A stretch of DNA of 64,000 bases from an uncultured Bacilli bacterium (lineage in GTDB: Bacteria > Bacillota_I > Bacilli_A > RF39 > UBA660): contig CAKPMY010000007.1 in the NCBI GenBank assembly GCA_934168245.1, positions 1,834 through 65,833 of the forward strand, in the 5' to 3' direction. Within the stretch, counting starts at the first letter, position 1; the number at the start of each line of letters is the position of its first letter. Shown piece after piece: positions 30,588 through 41,009 of this stretch. The position numbers and the translations under genes were made by a program. The notes under the pieces were generated by a model. The model saw only the letters and a program-made list of their open reading frames with translations, made no database searches and was not told the origin of the DNA.

Positions 30588-31766
30588 TTACTTCTCTTTT
30601 GTAAGACCTTTTTGACTAGTACTGTAATCTTTTACTTGTTGAAGTTTCTTTTTTAAAGGAGGAAGAAGTTTTCTTTTAAGTCTTTCTTCATCCGTTATAT
30701 CAAGACCAATATAGGCAAGCATAGTAGATAAACTGTTTATATTGGCAAGTTCAGTTGGGCTAAGAGTGGAAGGATAATCCTCTACTTTCTTGCCAGACTC
30801 AACATGTGTTCTTAAACTGGTAAAAAGGTCCGTATTTACAATGTCATTTAAGTTTATCATCCTTTGGTGAAGTTCTGGAGTTCCTTCTGCAATGGCATAG
30901 TAAGAAGTAAGACTGCCAATAATGTAACCAAACGATGTAAGGGGATCGGCTATTGGTTCTCTTTCAGATATATGTAACTTTTTAGCACGTTCCTCAATAT
31001 CCGCTAATTTCTTCTCATAGGCGGCTACTTGTTCATAAAAATCTTCCTTTTTATTGTATCTTGGAAAGATTTTTAATTTTACCATATTATCATAAGTATC
31101 ACTAGTAATGGGACCAAGTAGACGAAAACTATCTAGTACTGGTATCATTTGGAGAAGACCATTGATACAATTAGTTAAATCTCGCAAACGGTAGATATCA
31201 TTGACTATAAGTTCTTCTTCCGTAAAACCTTTTTCCTTTAAAAATTGACAAAAATCGGATTCAAAATAGATAGAAATGGTCTCGGTTATATATCTTCTAA
31301 GTAAGCGGGTGCTATATACACAGTTTATAGTGTGTAGAAACTCATGAACTATACTGGTTGGATCCTCTGTTGTGTATTCTAAGGGAATGCTTGCAAATAC
31401 GTGTCTATTAATATCCGTTCCAGCATGGGCCAGTTCTTTCCGGTCTTCTCTATCAGTAACGATATCAATAGTTCCGTCTTTTAAATTTCTTAGAAATATA
31501 TTTTTATATTGAGGAAGTCTTTCTTCTAGATATTCAGTTACTAGAAGAAGGGACTCCTCCAAGGACAATCTTCTTGACTCTTCTCTTGATTGTGCCTCAA
31601 GGTCGTTTAATTCAGAAAAAGTAAATTCTTGGTGGATTAAACTATTTAATCCGTTAACTAAATAATAAAAGTATGAGGCATTTTCTAAAAATTGGGTTCC
31701 CTTCATCTTTTGACAATAGTCGTTTAGAGTTTTATTCAAATTTGGATATTCTGTAGTAAGTCCCAT
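30588..31766 (-). CDS. Hypothetical protein with HExxH motif (IVHEFLHTI)
   Basis: Single HExxH. The motif context TxIVHE(L/F)xH also occurs in the gene at 5845-6795, so the two may be paralogues. Confidence 0.45.
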   Translation of the reverse strand: MGLTTEYPNLNKTLNDYCQKMKGTQFLENASYFYYLVNGLNSLIHQEFTFSELNDLEAQSREESRRLSLEESLLLVTEYLEERLPQYKNIFLRNLKDGTIDIVTDREDRKELAHAGTDINRHVFASIPLEYTTEDPTSIVHEFLHTINCVYSTRLLRRYITETISIYFESDFCQFLKEKGFTEEELIVNDIYRLRDLTNCINGLLQMIPVLDSFRLLGPITSDTYDNMVKLKIFPRYNKKEDFYEQVAAYEKKLADIEERAKKLHISEREPIADPLTSFGYIIGSLTSYYAIAEGTPELHQRMINLNDIVNTDLFTSLRTHVESGKKVEDYPSTLSPTELANINSLSTMLAYIGLDITDEERLKRKLLPPLKKKLQQVKDYSTSQKGLTKEK

Positions 31767-31767
31767 A

Positions 31768-34335
31768 TTAATTTAAGAAGTCATCTATGGTCATTAGACG
31801 ATCATCTATCTCCTTCAATGAAATTTTTTCCTTTTTAGGTTTTTGTTCCTCTTTTTCTACTACTACATCTTTTTCTTCAAGAACTTTTTCATCTATTAAG
31901 TCTATTTGTTCTTTAGTACTTCTTATTAAAGTTGCTTCTTGGAAAACATCTACTAAGGTATGTTTTGTTAATTGGCTACCAATCGAGTGACGATCACTTA
32001 TTGGTAATTCGGTTAATTTAATAGTATTTATATCACTATTTTTCAATCCTATATAGTTTTTAGAATCTGTAATAAATGTTTTTAAAATTTTATATGGATT
32101 TGTTTTTACTTCTCTTATTACAAGTAGACCACGTCTAGTTCTAGTTGATAATTCAAATTCATTTAGACGAACTCGCTTACCAGTTCCTTTGGAAGTAATT
32201 ATAGAGATGAATTCATCTTCTGTTTCACTATATTGATTTACAGATACTAAGTTATCATCTTTTAATTTTATGGCTTTAACACCAGAGGCTTTTACTCCAA
32301 CGACTGGAACTTCATCGGCTTTAAAACTTAAACCATAACCAGTATCAGTTGTTAAGAATAGACATGGTTTTTCTTCGGTGAAAGCAGCAATGACATAGTC
32401 ATTATCCTTTAGTTTCATACAACTTGTTTCTTTAGAGTAACGTAGAAGTTTAAACTCTTTTAACTTAGAGCGTTTAATCATACCATCATGAGTAGCGATG
32501 ACAACATTTTTCTCTGTTTCAAAGTTATAGGCTGGAATGGCTGTTACAATACTTTCACCGGAAGTCATTTCAATTAAGTTACTAACATGTTTTGGCATGT
32601 CTTTCCATTTTAGATCTGGAATTATATGAACTGGAATATGTAGATAATTACCGGCTGTTGTAAATAATAGTAAGGTGTCGGTTGTGTTCATTTCATATAT
32701 TCCTATGATGTAATCGTTTTCTTTTATAGTTATATCTTCTGGATTAGAAGCGGTATAACTTCTAAATGAGGTACGTTTAATATAACCGTCCTTGGTTATT
32801 AAAACTACAACATCTTCTTTTGGAATCATAGCAGTTGTATCTATTTTTATTTCAGTTATTTCATCTTTTATTTCAGTTATTCGTGGCGTTTCATAGTTAT
32901 CTCTTACATCACGTAAATCTTTTTTCATAACAGATTTTAAGACAGCCTCACTGCCAAGAATAGAGGTTAAGCCAGAAATAATTTTTTCTAGAGAAGCCTT
33001 TTCATTTTCTAGAGCAACTACATCGGTATTGGTTAGACGGTATAATTGTAAAACAACGATGGCTTCGGCTTGTTCTGGAGTAAATTCAAACTCTTTAACT
33101 AGGTTATCTTTAGCATCTTGTTTATTTTTAGAGGCTCTAATTACTTTAATTACTTCATCAAGAATAGAAATACATTTAATTAAACCTTCAACAATATGAT
33201 ATCTGGCTTTAGCATGGGCTAAATCAAATTCAGTTCTTCTTTTTACGACATCCCTTTGATGAGCAATAAAAGCATCAAGCGATGCGGCAAGGCCTAGTAA
33301 TTTTGGTCTTCTATTAACGATTGAAACCATGTTGAAGTTATAACTTATTTGCATATCAGTATTTTTTAATAGGTAGTTTACAATTAAGTCTTTATTGGCT
33401 GTTTTCTTTAGGTCGATAACGATTCTAATATCAGCAGCAGATTCATCTCGTACTTCAACGATACCATCTATTTTTTTATCTATTCTAATATCATCTATCT
33501 TTTTAACTAAAAGGGCTTTATTAGTTTCAAAAGGGATCTCAGTTATGACTAGGGATAGTTTGCCCTTTTCTTCTTCAAAAGTATATTTACTTTTAATATT
33601 TATTTTACCACGGCCAGTTGTATAGGCATCTTTGATACCTTCAATACCTTCGACTATGGCTCCAGTTGGAAAGTCTGGTCCTTTTACGTATTGCATTAAG
33701 TCTTCTAGGCTACATTCTGGATGATCGATTCGATAGATTGTAGCCTCAATTACCTCACCCAAGTTATGAGGTGGAATATTAGTAGCATAACCGGCTGAGA
33801 TACCTTGAGCCCCATAAACTAAAAGGGCTGGGAATTTGGCTGGTAAGACTGTTGGCTCTACTGTGGTATCATCAAAGTTTGGAGCAAATTCAACGGTATT
33901 TTTATCAATATCTTTTACCATTTCATTACTTATCTTAGATAATCTTGCTTCAGTATAACGATAAGCAGCAGGAGAATCACCGTCGATTGAACCGTTGTTA
34001 CCATGCATATCTATGTATGGTAGTCTTGTCTTCCAAGGTTGACTCATTCTAACCATAGCATCGTAGATTGAACTATCGCCATGTGGATGATAATTACCTA
34101 TTACATCACCTACTGTTTTAGCACTTTTACGATAACCATGGTCGTAGGTGTTTTTTTCTTTATACATTGAATACAATATACGACGTTGAACTGGTTTTAG
34201 TCCATCTCTGGCATCTGGTATAGCACGATCTTGAATTATGTATTTAGAATAGCTTCCAAATCTTTCACCCATGATATCTTCAAGGGTATAATCAAATATC
34301 TTTTCTATTACTTCTTCTGTTTTACTTTTTGCCAT
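31768..34335 (-). CDS. parC: Type IIA topoisomerase subunit A, most likely topoisomerase IV ParC
   Basis: Active-site AAYRYTEARL. No GyrA-box (QRRGGKG) seen in the C-terminal domain. Follows the parE-like gene. Confidence 0.75.
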   Translation of the reverse strand: MAKSKTEEVIEKIFDYTLEDIMGERFGSYSKYIIQDRAIPDARDGLKPVQRRILYSMYKEKNTYDHGYRKSAKTVGDVIGNYHPHGDSSIYDAMVRMSQPWKTRLPYIDMHGNNGSIDGDSPAAYRYTEARLSKISNEMVKDIDKNTVEFAPNFDDTTVEPTVLPAKFPALLVYGAQGISAGYATNIPPHNLGEVIEATIYRIDHPECSLEDLMQYVKGPDFPTGAIVEGIEGIKDAYTTGRGKINIKSKYTFEEEKGKLSLVITEIPFETNKALLVKKIDDIRIDKKIDGIVEVRDESAADIRIVIDLKKTANKDLIVNYLLKNTDMQISYNFNMVSIVNRRPKLLGLAASLDAFIAHQRDVVKRRTEFDLAHAKARYHIVEGLIKCISILDEVIKVIRASKNKQDAKDNLVKEFEFTPEQAEAIVVLQLYRLTNTDVVALENEKASLEKIISGLTSILGSEAVLKSVMKKDLRDVRDNYETPRITEIKDEITEIKIDTTAMIPKEDVVVLITKDGYIKRTSFRSYTASNPEDITIKENDYIIGIYEMNTTDTLLLFTTAGNYLHIPVHIIPDLKWKDMPKHVSNLIEMTSGESIVTAIPAYNFETEKNVVIATHDGMIKRSKLKEFKLLRYSKETSCMKLKDNDYVIAAFTEEKPCLFLTTDTGYGLSFKADEVPVVGVKASGVKAIKLKDDNLVSVNQYSETEDEFISIITSKGTGKRVRLNEFELSTRTRRGLLVIREVKTNPYKILKTFITDSKNYIGLKNSDINTIKLTELPISDRHSIGSQLTKHTLVDVFQEATLIRSTKEQIDLIDEKVLEEKDVVVEKEEQKPKKEKISLKEIDDRLMTIDDFLN

Positions 34336-34351
34336 TTTTTACACCTACTTT

Positions 34352-36256
34352 TTAATTTATTGCATAATCATCTTCTAAGGAGAATTCGACATTTTCCTCA
34401 ATCCATTCTTTTCTAGGTGGAACATCATCACCCATTAGAATGGAAACACGTTTTTCTGCCAACTGGGCATCTTCTATATTTACTCTAATTAATGTTCTAC
34501 TTCCTGGTTTCATAGTTGTCTCACATAGTTGATCGGCATTCATTTCACCAAGACCTTTGTATCTTTGAATTTCACATTTCTTGTCTTTACTTTTTTCTTT
34601 CATTTCGTCTATTGTGTAAGCATATTCAACATTTTTTCCAGATTGGATTTTAAATAATGGAGGAAGGGCTACAAATAGACGTCCATCTTCTATTAATGGT
34701 TTCATGTAACGATAGAAGAAGGTTAATAGTAAGCACTGAATGTGACCACCATCTTCATCGGCATCGGACATGATTATTACTTTGGAATATTCACAATCTT
34801 TTATATCAAAGTTTGATCCATAGCCAGCACCGATTGTATAAATCATAGTATTTATTTCTTCATTTTTTAAGATTTCATCTTCTTTAGTTTTTTCTGTGTT
34901 TAAAACTTTACCACGTAGTGGAAGGATTGCTTGATAACGTCTATCTCTTCCTTGTTTTGCTGAACCACCTGCTGAATCTCCTTCGACTAAGAATAGTTCT
35001 TTTTTATCTTTGTCTTTACTTTGAGCAGGAGCAAGTTTACCGGAAAGAGAACGTTCTTTATTATTTTTCTTAGTGCCTTTTCTAGCCTCTTCACGAGCCT
35101 TACGGGCGGCCTCACGAGCAACTTTACTACGCAAACTTTTATTTATTATTTCAGTAGCAATAGATTTATTTTCTTCCAAGAAAGTTCTGATTTGCTCAGT
35201 TACAATATTTTCTACGGCTACTCTGGCTTGAGGAGTTCCTAGTTTTCCTTTAGTCTGCCCTTCAAATTGAAGAATTGCTTCGGGTATTTTTAAACTAATC
35301 ACAGCGGTCAAGCCTTCACGAACATCACTACCTTCAAAGGCTTTATCTTTACCTTTAACAAAACCATTGTTTTTAGCATAGTCGTTAAAGACTTTAGTTA
35401 GGGCTGTTTTAAAACCTACTTCGTGAGAACCACCGTCGATAGTCTTAACATTATTTACGAAACTTACAATATTTTCATTATATGAATCGGTATATTGCAT
35501 GGCGATTTCGACATCAATTTTGTCTTTAGTACCAGTTAAGGCTAGGACTTTGTGTAGAGTTGTTTTACCTTTATTTAGTTCTTCAACAAACTCTTCAATA
35601 CCTCTTTCATAATGGAACTTAGCACTTCTTTCATCTTCTTCATCGACAACTTCTAGAGTTATGCCTTTTAAAAGATAAGCACTTTCCTGCATTCTTTCAC
35701 AAATTGTTGTATATGAGAAGTTAGTGGTTGTGAAGATTTCATCATCTGGCATAAATCTTACTGTTGTTCCGGTTTTATTAGTAGTTCCTATTTCTTTTAA
35801 TGGTACTTTTACGTGACCTCCGTCTTCAAAACGAATATAGTATTCTTTTTTATCTCTTTTAATAGTTACTTCCATCCATTTAGATAAGGCATTAACAACA
35901 CTACTACCAACACCATGTAGACCACCAGAAACTTTGTAACCATCACTTTCAAATTTACCACCAGCATGTAGGACTGTATAAATTACTTCTGGAGTTGATT
36001 TGCCTGATTCATGCATTCCAGTTGGAACACCACGACCATGATCTTCTACACTTACTGATTTATCTTTATGAATTGTTACTTTGATATAATCTCCAAAACC
36101 ATTAATGGCTTCATCGATAGCATTATCTACTATTTCCCAAACTAGATGATGAAGTCCTCTTTTATCAGTTGAGCCAATATACATACCTGGTCTTTTTCTG
36201 ACTGCTTCTAATCCTTCTAGTATTTTTATTGATGATTCATCATATTTTAAAGCCAT
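34352..36256 (-). CDS. parE: Type IIA topoisomerase subunit B, most likely topoisomerase IV ParE
   Basis: EGLEAVRKRPGMYIGST, GHK ATPase and TOPRIM motifs. True start is the ATG at 36256 (MALKYDES) with an AGGAG RBS; the track ORF extends upstream of that RBS. Confidence 0.75.
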   Translation of the reverse strand: MALKYDESSIKILEGLEAVRKRPGMYIGSTDKRGLHHLVWEIVDNAIDEAINGFGDYIKVTIHKDKSVSVEDHGRGVPTGMHESGKSTPEVIYTVLHAGGKFESDGYKVSGGLHGVGSSVVNALSKWMEVTIKRDKKEYYIRFEDGGHVKVPLKEIGTTNKTGTTVRFMPDDEIFTTTNFSYTTICERMQESAYLLKGITLEVVDEEDERSAKFHYERGIEEFVEELNKGKTTLHKVLALTGTKDKIDVEIAMQYTDSYNENIVSFVNNVKTIDGGSHEVGFKTALTKVFNDYAKNNGFVKGKDKAFEGSDVREGLTAVISLKIPEAILQFEGQTKGKLGTPQARVAVENIVTEQIRTFLEENKSIATEIINKSLRSKVAREAARKAREEARKGTKKNNKERSLSGKLAPAQSKDKDKKELFLVEGDSAGGSAKQGRDRRYQAILPLRGKVLNTEKTKEDEILKNEEINTMIYTIGAGYGSNFDIKDCEYSKVIIMSDADEDGGHIQCLLLTFFYRYMKPLIEDGRLFVALPPLFKIQSGKNVEYAYTIDEMKEKSKDKKCEIQRYKGLGEMNADQLCETTMKPGSRTLIRVNIEDAQLAEKRVSILMGDDVPPRKEWIEENVEFSLEDDYAIN

Positions 36257-36467
36257 TTTATCACTCCTATAATTTTCACTATTTATTATTATAACTAAAG
36301 AGAGAATTTTTTTCAATGTTCATTTACTTTATTTTACGGGGAAAATTAGTATTAATCGACTATTTAGTTACGTTTTTTTGTACTTAGTTCTTGTTACTTT
36401 TAGAACTTTTTTCAAGAAAAAAAGAAGATTTTTTAGAGATTTAATTAAACTTATCTTCTTTAATTAA

Positions 36468-37241
36468 TCAGTCCTGAATTTCGCTTTTGTTTCCTTTGCG
36501 ATCATAGACATAGACTTTTTGTTTACCTGTTATATCCTCACAAGTAATTGTATTGCTTGCTAGAACTACTACATCTGATGAGACATCTACTCCGTATGGT
36601 TCCTCATCGCCTTTTTGAATTAGTAGGCCATAGACAGAGGCTATTTTATTACCATAGACACCATATTTAAGGTATACATCCTCAGTATATCTTTTTTCTA
36701 TTACAGTGCCAGAAGTATAGCCATTTATACCTAGAGTGGTACCTGAGATAAATGTATCATTTTGGCCCTCAATAGAGTTTACGGCATAAAATGGAGTTGT
36801 ATTAGATATTGGAAAGCCTAGCATTAGACTATTATGAATTCTATCATCCATGGTATCTTGAGTAATACCATTCATTGAAGCATAACTTGAAACAATAGTT
36901 GTATCGGTATGGACATTATCAATATAAACTTTAGTGTCTTCTGTTAAACCTTGAGTATAAACTTTGGTATAGATTTTTTTATCAGAAGTAATTCGCCATT
37001 CGGCGGCAGTCTTTTCATCTAGACTATATTCAATTACTAACTTAAAGTTTTCTCCGGGAACATCAAGCACCTGTGGTTTAAAGGCCTCAGCGACATTAGA
37101 ACCGTCGATTGTATCATATTTTTCAGTAGCATCTGGTACAACGACATACGTTTTACCACAGCCGGCTAAAGTTGACAAAGCAATCGTACCTGACAATAAA
37201 AGAGCAGTTAATTTTTCAGCATTTTTAATTTTTATTTTCAT
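36468..37241 (-). CDS. Lipoprotein (signal peptide with lipobox LAGC)
   Basis: ATG at 37241 (MKIKIKNAEKLTALLLSGTIALSTLAGCGK) with GGGGGA RBS. The track ORF begins further upstream. Confidence 0.6.
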   Translation of the reverse strand: MKIKIKNAEKLTALLLSGTIALSTLAGCGKTYVVVPDATEKYDTIDGSNVAEAFKPQVLDVPGENFKLVIEYSLDEKTAAEWRITSDKKIYTKVYTQGLTEDTKVYIDNVHTDTTIVSSYASMNGITQDTMDDRIHNSLMLGFPISNTTPFYAVNSIEGQNDTFISGTTLGINGYTSGTVIEKRYTEDVYLKYGVYGNKIASVYGLLIQKGDEEPYGVDVSSDVVVLASNTITCEDITGKQKVYVYDRKGNKSEIQD

Positions 37242-37331
37242 AGAAATCCCCCATAACAATTTTTGCTCTTTAATTGTATCAAGAAAGAGATACTTTGTCA
37301 AAAGTACAAAAGAAAAATTGGATTGCTCCAA

Positions 37332-37499
37332 TTAGTCTAAGTCTTCTAGTTTATCATATGCTTTCTTGGCCATGTCTTTAGCCATAGTTTTCATTTCACA
37401 CATGATGTCTGGATTATTTCTTAAATACATATAGGCTACTGCTGCCATAGAACCAATGATTGCTGTCACAACTAAGCCTTTTTTACAATTCATTCCCAT
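37332..37499 (-). CDS. Unlisted small ORF (55 aa; MGMNCKKGLVVTAIIGSMAAVAYMYLRNNPDIMCEMKTMAKDMAKKAYDKLEDLD), possible small membrane protein
   Basis: Strong RBS GAGGTGAAAG 4 nt before the ATG. One hydrophobic helix. It is not in the supplied ORF track, presumably because it is short. Confidence 0.35.
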   Translation of the reverse strand: MGMNCKKGLVVTAIIGSMAAVAYMYLRNNPDIMCEMKTMAKDMAKKAYDKLEDLD

Positions 37500-37534
37500 A
37501 CTTTCACCTCAGTCTTAGTGTTGACAATATTTAA

Positions 37535-39724
37535 CTATTTTATTCCATTTTGTAAATAATCTTTTATGCTAGTGCGACGAATATCGGAATTATTATTAGA
37601 AACAGCATAATCTAAGGCTTTCATATCGCCAACTAAATATAATTCTTTTTTACTTCTTGTTATACCTGTATATATTAGTTTTCGATAAAGCATTTTGTTA
37701 AAATTTCTAACTATTGGAATGATGACAACATCAAATTCACTGCCTTGAGCCTTATGAATAGATATGGCATAGGCAAGACGGAAATTACTAAAATTAGAAG
37801 GAGTATACTTTACGATGTTTCCATCAAAGTCAATAATAATTTCTTTCTTAGGAGATGTTTTTATTTCTTTAATTATTCCAATGTCACCATTATAAACATT
37901 TTCATCTGGCATATTAGTTAGTTGTAAGACCTTATCATTTTCTCTAAAGATAACTTCACCGTATTGAAGTTCTTTTTTTGTTTTACTTTTAGGGTTTAAT
38001 TTATTTTGAACATGCTTGTTGATTTCATCAATACCAGCAATGGTTTTATACATTGGACATAAGATTTGAAACTCTTTGTAAGATAAATCTTTATAGGTAT
38101 CAGTTATTTCTAAAATGTTAGCAATTACTTGATCGGTAGTTGATTTTATAAAGGTTAAATCTTCGCCAACATTAAAGACATCTTCATTTACTTCACCTTG
38201 TCTAATGTCGTAAGCAAGAGTTAAAATGTTAGAATCTTTTCCTTGACGATATAATTCGGTTAGTTCTATTTTGTCTAGACAATTACTTTCAATTAAATCA
38301 TGTAGTACTTGCCCAGGACCAACTGACGGTAATTGATGATCATCACCGACTAAGACTATTTTACAGTTAGCAGATATTCCTTTTAAGAGACTAGCCATTA
38401 AATGAGTATCAATCATACTGGCTTCATCAATTATTACAAATTCTACTCTACTTTTATTGTACTCATTTACTTGAAATTTATTTGTTTCCTTTTGCCATTT
38501 TAGGAAGCGGTGAATTGTTGAGGCTTTTAGAAGTGTTGACTCCGACATTCTTTTGGCGGCTCTTCCTGTTGGTGCTAAAAGGGCTATTTTTTCTTGGAGT
38601 TCTTCATAACTTAATTTATTTATAGTGCGATATAGTTCGGTGACACCTTTCATAATTGTTGTTTTTCCAGTCCCTGGACCACCAGTTATAATAATAAACT
38701 TTTTTAAGCAACTATTTTTGATAGCCTCGAATTGTTGTTCATTATATGTTATACCAAATAATTTTTCTAAATCTTTGATTTTTAAATCAATATCTTTGAC
38801 AACTGCATCAGCCTCGTATGATAACATTCTAAAACGTTTAGTAATTAAGGTTTCGGCCTCATACATCTCCTTTAGATAATACTTTTCTTCTTTTATTACT
38901 ATTAAAAGATTTTTTTCGAGATTTTTTAAGGAATTTAGAAATAGTTCTTCTTCGATTGGAACTCCTAAGACTCTAGGTAAATACATGGCTAGTTCTTCTT
39001 TAAAATAATAACTATGGCCATAAGTATTACTTAGTTCATTCATGATGTAGATGATACTGGCTTCAACTCTGATAGGAGCAGATTTCTCTAGACTATTTTT
39101 TAAGGCGATAGTATCTATTTTTTTAAAGGACATGTTATAAATATCTTCTACTATTTGATAGATATTAGTATCGATGATATTTTTAGTTTTATTCTTATAA
39201 AAGTTATAGATTATCATGGAATCTTTTGTTGAAAAGCCTAGTTCTGTTAAAGTCAGAATTGTTTCGTAACTAGATTCATATTCTTGAAGTTTGGTATGCA
39301 ATGTCTCAATATTTTTTCTGGTTACCCCAGGAATTAGAATTAAATTGTCAGGATTTTCTAAGATTATTTTTAATGTGTCTTTTCCTAAGACATCTACAAT
39401 AGATTTGGCCTTTTTTTCGCCTATTCCTTTAAATAGACCAGATGTTAAGAATTCAACAATAGCATCTTTTTCTTCTGGCTTGCAACGCTCATAACTATCT
39501 ACTTGAAACTGTTCTCCGTATTTTGGATGGGTTACTAAATTACCATAAAAAAGATATGTATCCATATCATTAAGTTCGTGGAAATAACCGGTAAAAGTAA
39601 TTATATGATCAACGTATTCGGTTAATTTTTCATCGTCTGTTTCTGTTACTTTGAAAAGACCAATGTTGTAGCCTTGACTATTTTGATATATACTTCGACG
39701 ATAATTTCCCTTAATGTATGACAT
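37535..39724 (-). CDS. recD2: RecD2-type ATP-dependent DNA helicase (RecD/TraA family)
   Basis: Walker A ITGGPGTGKTT, motif II VIIDEASM, C-terminal SIHKAQGSEFD, and N-terminal HhH region. Confidence 0.85.
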   Translation of the reverse strand: MSYIKGNYRRSIYQNSQGYNIGLFKVTETDDEKLTEYVDHIITFTGYFHELNDMDTYLFYGNLVTHPKYGEQFQVDSYERCKPEEKDAIVEFLTSGLFKGIGEKKAKSIVDVLGKDTLKIILENPDNLILIPGVTRKNIETLHTKLQEYESSYETILTLTELGFSTKDSMIIYNFYKNKTKNIIDTNIYQIVEDIYNMSFKKIDTIALKNSLEKSAPIRVEASIIYIMNELSNTYGHSYYFKEELAMYLPRVLGVPIEEELFLNSLKNLEKNLLIVIKEEKYYLKEMYEAETLITKRFRMLSYEADAVVKDIDLKIKDLEKLFGITYNEQQFEAIKNSCLKKFIIITGGPGTGKTTIMKGVTELYRTINKLSYEELQEKIALLAPTGRAAKRMSESTLLKASTIHRFLKWQKETNKFQVNEYNKSRVEFVIIDEASMIDTHLMASLLKGISANCKIVLVGDDHQLPSVGPGQVLHDLIESNCLDKIELTELYRQGKDSNILTLAYDIRQGEVNEDVFNVGEDLTFIKSTTDQVIANILEITDTYKDLSYKEFQILCPMYKTIAGIDEINKHVQNKLNPKSKTKKELQYGEVIFRENDKVLQLTNMPDENVYNGDIGIIKEIKTSPKKEIIIDFDGNIVKYTPSNFSNFRLAYAISIHKAQGSEFDVVIIPIVRNFNKMLYRKLIYTGITRSKKELYLVGDMKALDYAVSNNNSDIRRTSIKDYLQNGIK

Positions 39725-39736
39725 ATCTTTTCTCCT

Positions 39737-41008
39737 TTATTTTGCTAAACAATATGGATAATCAACTTTAGTAATTGTTACTGTTACAAAAGTATTATGC
39801 TCTATTGCTTTAGGTATTTTTACATGTAAATAATTACTTGTATGGCCATAACTATAACCATCTTTTTCTTCTTCAATTAAAACGTCTTCTTGTTTATTTA
39901 TAAATTTATTAGCATAGGCTATTTCTAGTTCTTTTGAAACTAATAAAAGTTCGCGGGCACGGCTTTTCTTTTCGCTTGGCTCAACATGATTAGGTAGTTC
40001 CATGGCTTTGGTACCTTGTCTTTCACTATATGGAAAAACATGAATTTTAGCAAATTCTAACTTGCGACAAGTTTCAATAGTTTTGGCAAATAGTTCTTTG
40101 GTCTCGCCAGGGAAACCAACAATAACATCGGTTGTTATAGAGATGTTTGGTCTTAAAGAACGAATTTCTTTTATTTTAGTAAAGAAATATGCAAGATCGT
40201 ATTTACGATTCATGGCTTTTAATATTTCATCACTACCGGCTTGAAGTGGAATATGTAAATGATCTACTATTACAGGACTTGTCTTTAGTACTTCTAGAAC
40301 TTCATCTGTTAACTCAGTTATTTCGATTGATGATATACGAAGACGTTTTAGCCCTTTTATTTTTACAATTTCTTTTAAAAGAGTTGCAAAATTAGTATCT
40401 AGGTCTACTCCATAATTTCCGGTATGAATACCGGTTAATACTACTTCTTGATAACCATTTTGTACTAAAGCAGTTATTTCAGAGATAACTTTTTCTGGAT
40501 CCTTACTGCGACATTTTCCACGAACGAAAGGAATTATACAATAAGAACAGAAGTTTTCGCAGCCATCTTGTATTTTAACAAAGGCTCTAGTACGACCAGG
40601 AAAATTAGTGATATACATATCTTCAAATTGACTTTTAGGATCGTTATAAAGTTTTATGATTTTTTCCTTTTTAGTAAAATACTCATCTAATAGTTCAACA
40701 ATTTTAGATTTATCTTTATTTCCTAAAACGATGTCCAAGCCTTCGATTTGATAATCTTTGTTAGCCTCGATAAAGCAACCCATTGCAACAACACAGGCAT
40801 TAGGATTTCTCTTAATAGCATTTCTAATCATTTTACGGGATTTTATATCACTTGTGTTTGTTACAGTACATGTATTAATTATATAGATATCACAAATATC
40901 ATCAAAACTTTTTATTTCGTAATTATGTTCTTTTAGGATATTGATAACATATTCACTTTCATAAGTATTTACTTTACATCCTAAAGTTAAAATTCCAACA
41001 CTGCGCAT
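39737..41008 (-). CDS. MiaB-family radical-SAM methylthiotransferase, probably MtaB
   Basis: CENFCSYC radical-SAM motif, N-terminal MTTase domain Cys residues, C-terminal TRAM region. The likely start is the ATG at 41008 (MRSVGILTLGCKVN). The track start at 41047 would overlap the upstream lipoprotein gene. Confidence 0.8.
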   Translation of the reverse strand: MRSVGILTLGCKVNTYESEYVINILKEHNYEIKSFDDICDIYIINTCTVTNTSDIKSRKMIRNAIKRNPNACVVAMGCFIEANKDYQIEGLDIVLGNKDKSKIVELLDEYFTKKEKIIKLYNDPKSQFEDMYITNFPGRTRAFVKIQDGCENFCSYCIIPFVRGKCRSKDPEKVISEITALVQNGYQEVVLTGIHTGNYGVDLDTNFATLLKEIVKIKGLKRLRISSIEITELTDEVLEVLKTSPVIVDHLHIPLQAGSDEILKAMNRKYDLAYFFTKIKEIRSLRPNISITTDVIVGFPGETKELFAKTIETCRKLEFAKIHVFPYSERQGTKAMELPNHVEPSEKKSRARELLLVSKELEIAYANKFINKQEDVLIEEEKDGYSYGHTSNYLHVKIPKAIEHNTFVTVTITKVDYPYCLAK

Positions 41009-41009
41009 A

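Noticed and set aside
31768-36316. Calling the type IIA topoisomerase pair gyrB-gyrA
   Set aside because: The A-subunit C-terminal domain has no recognisable GyrA-box (QRRGGKG), and the locus is not near replication-origin genes. ParE/ParC is favoured, but without alignment this remains uncertain.
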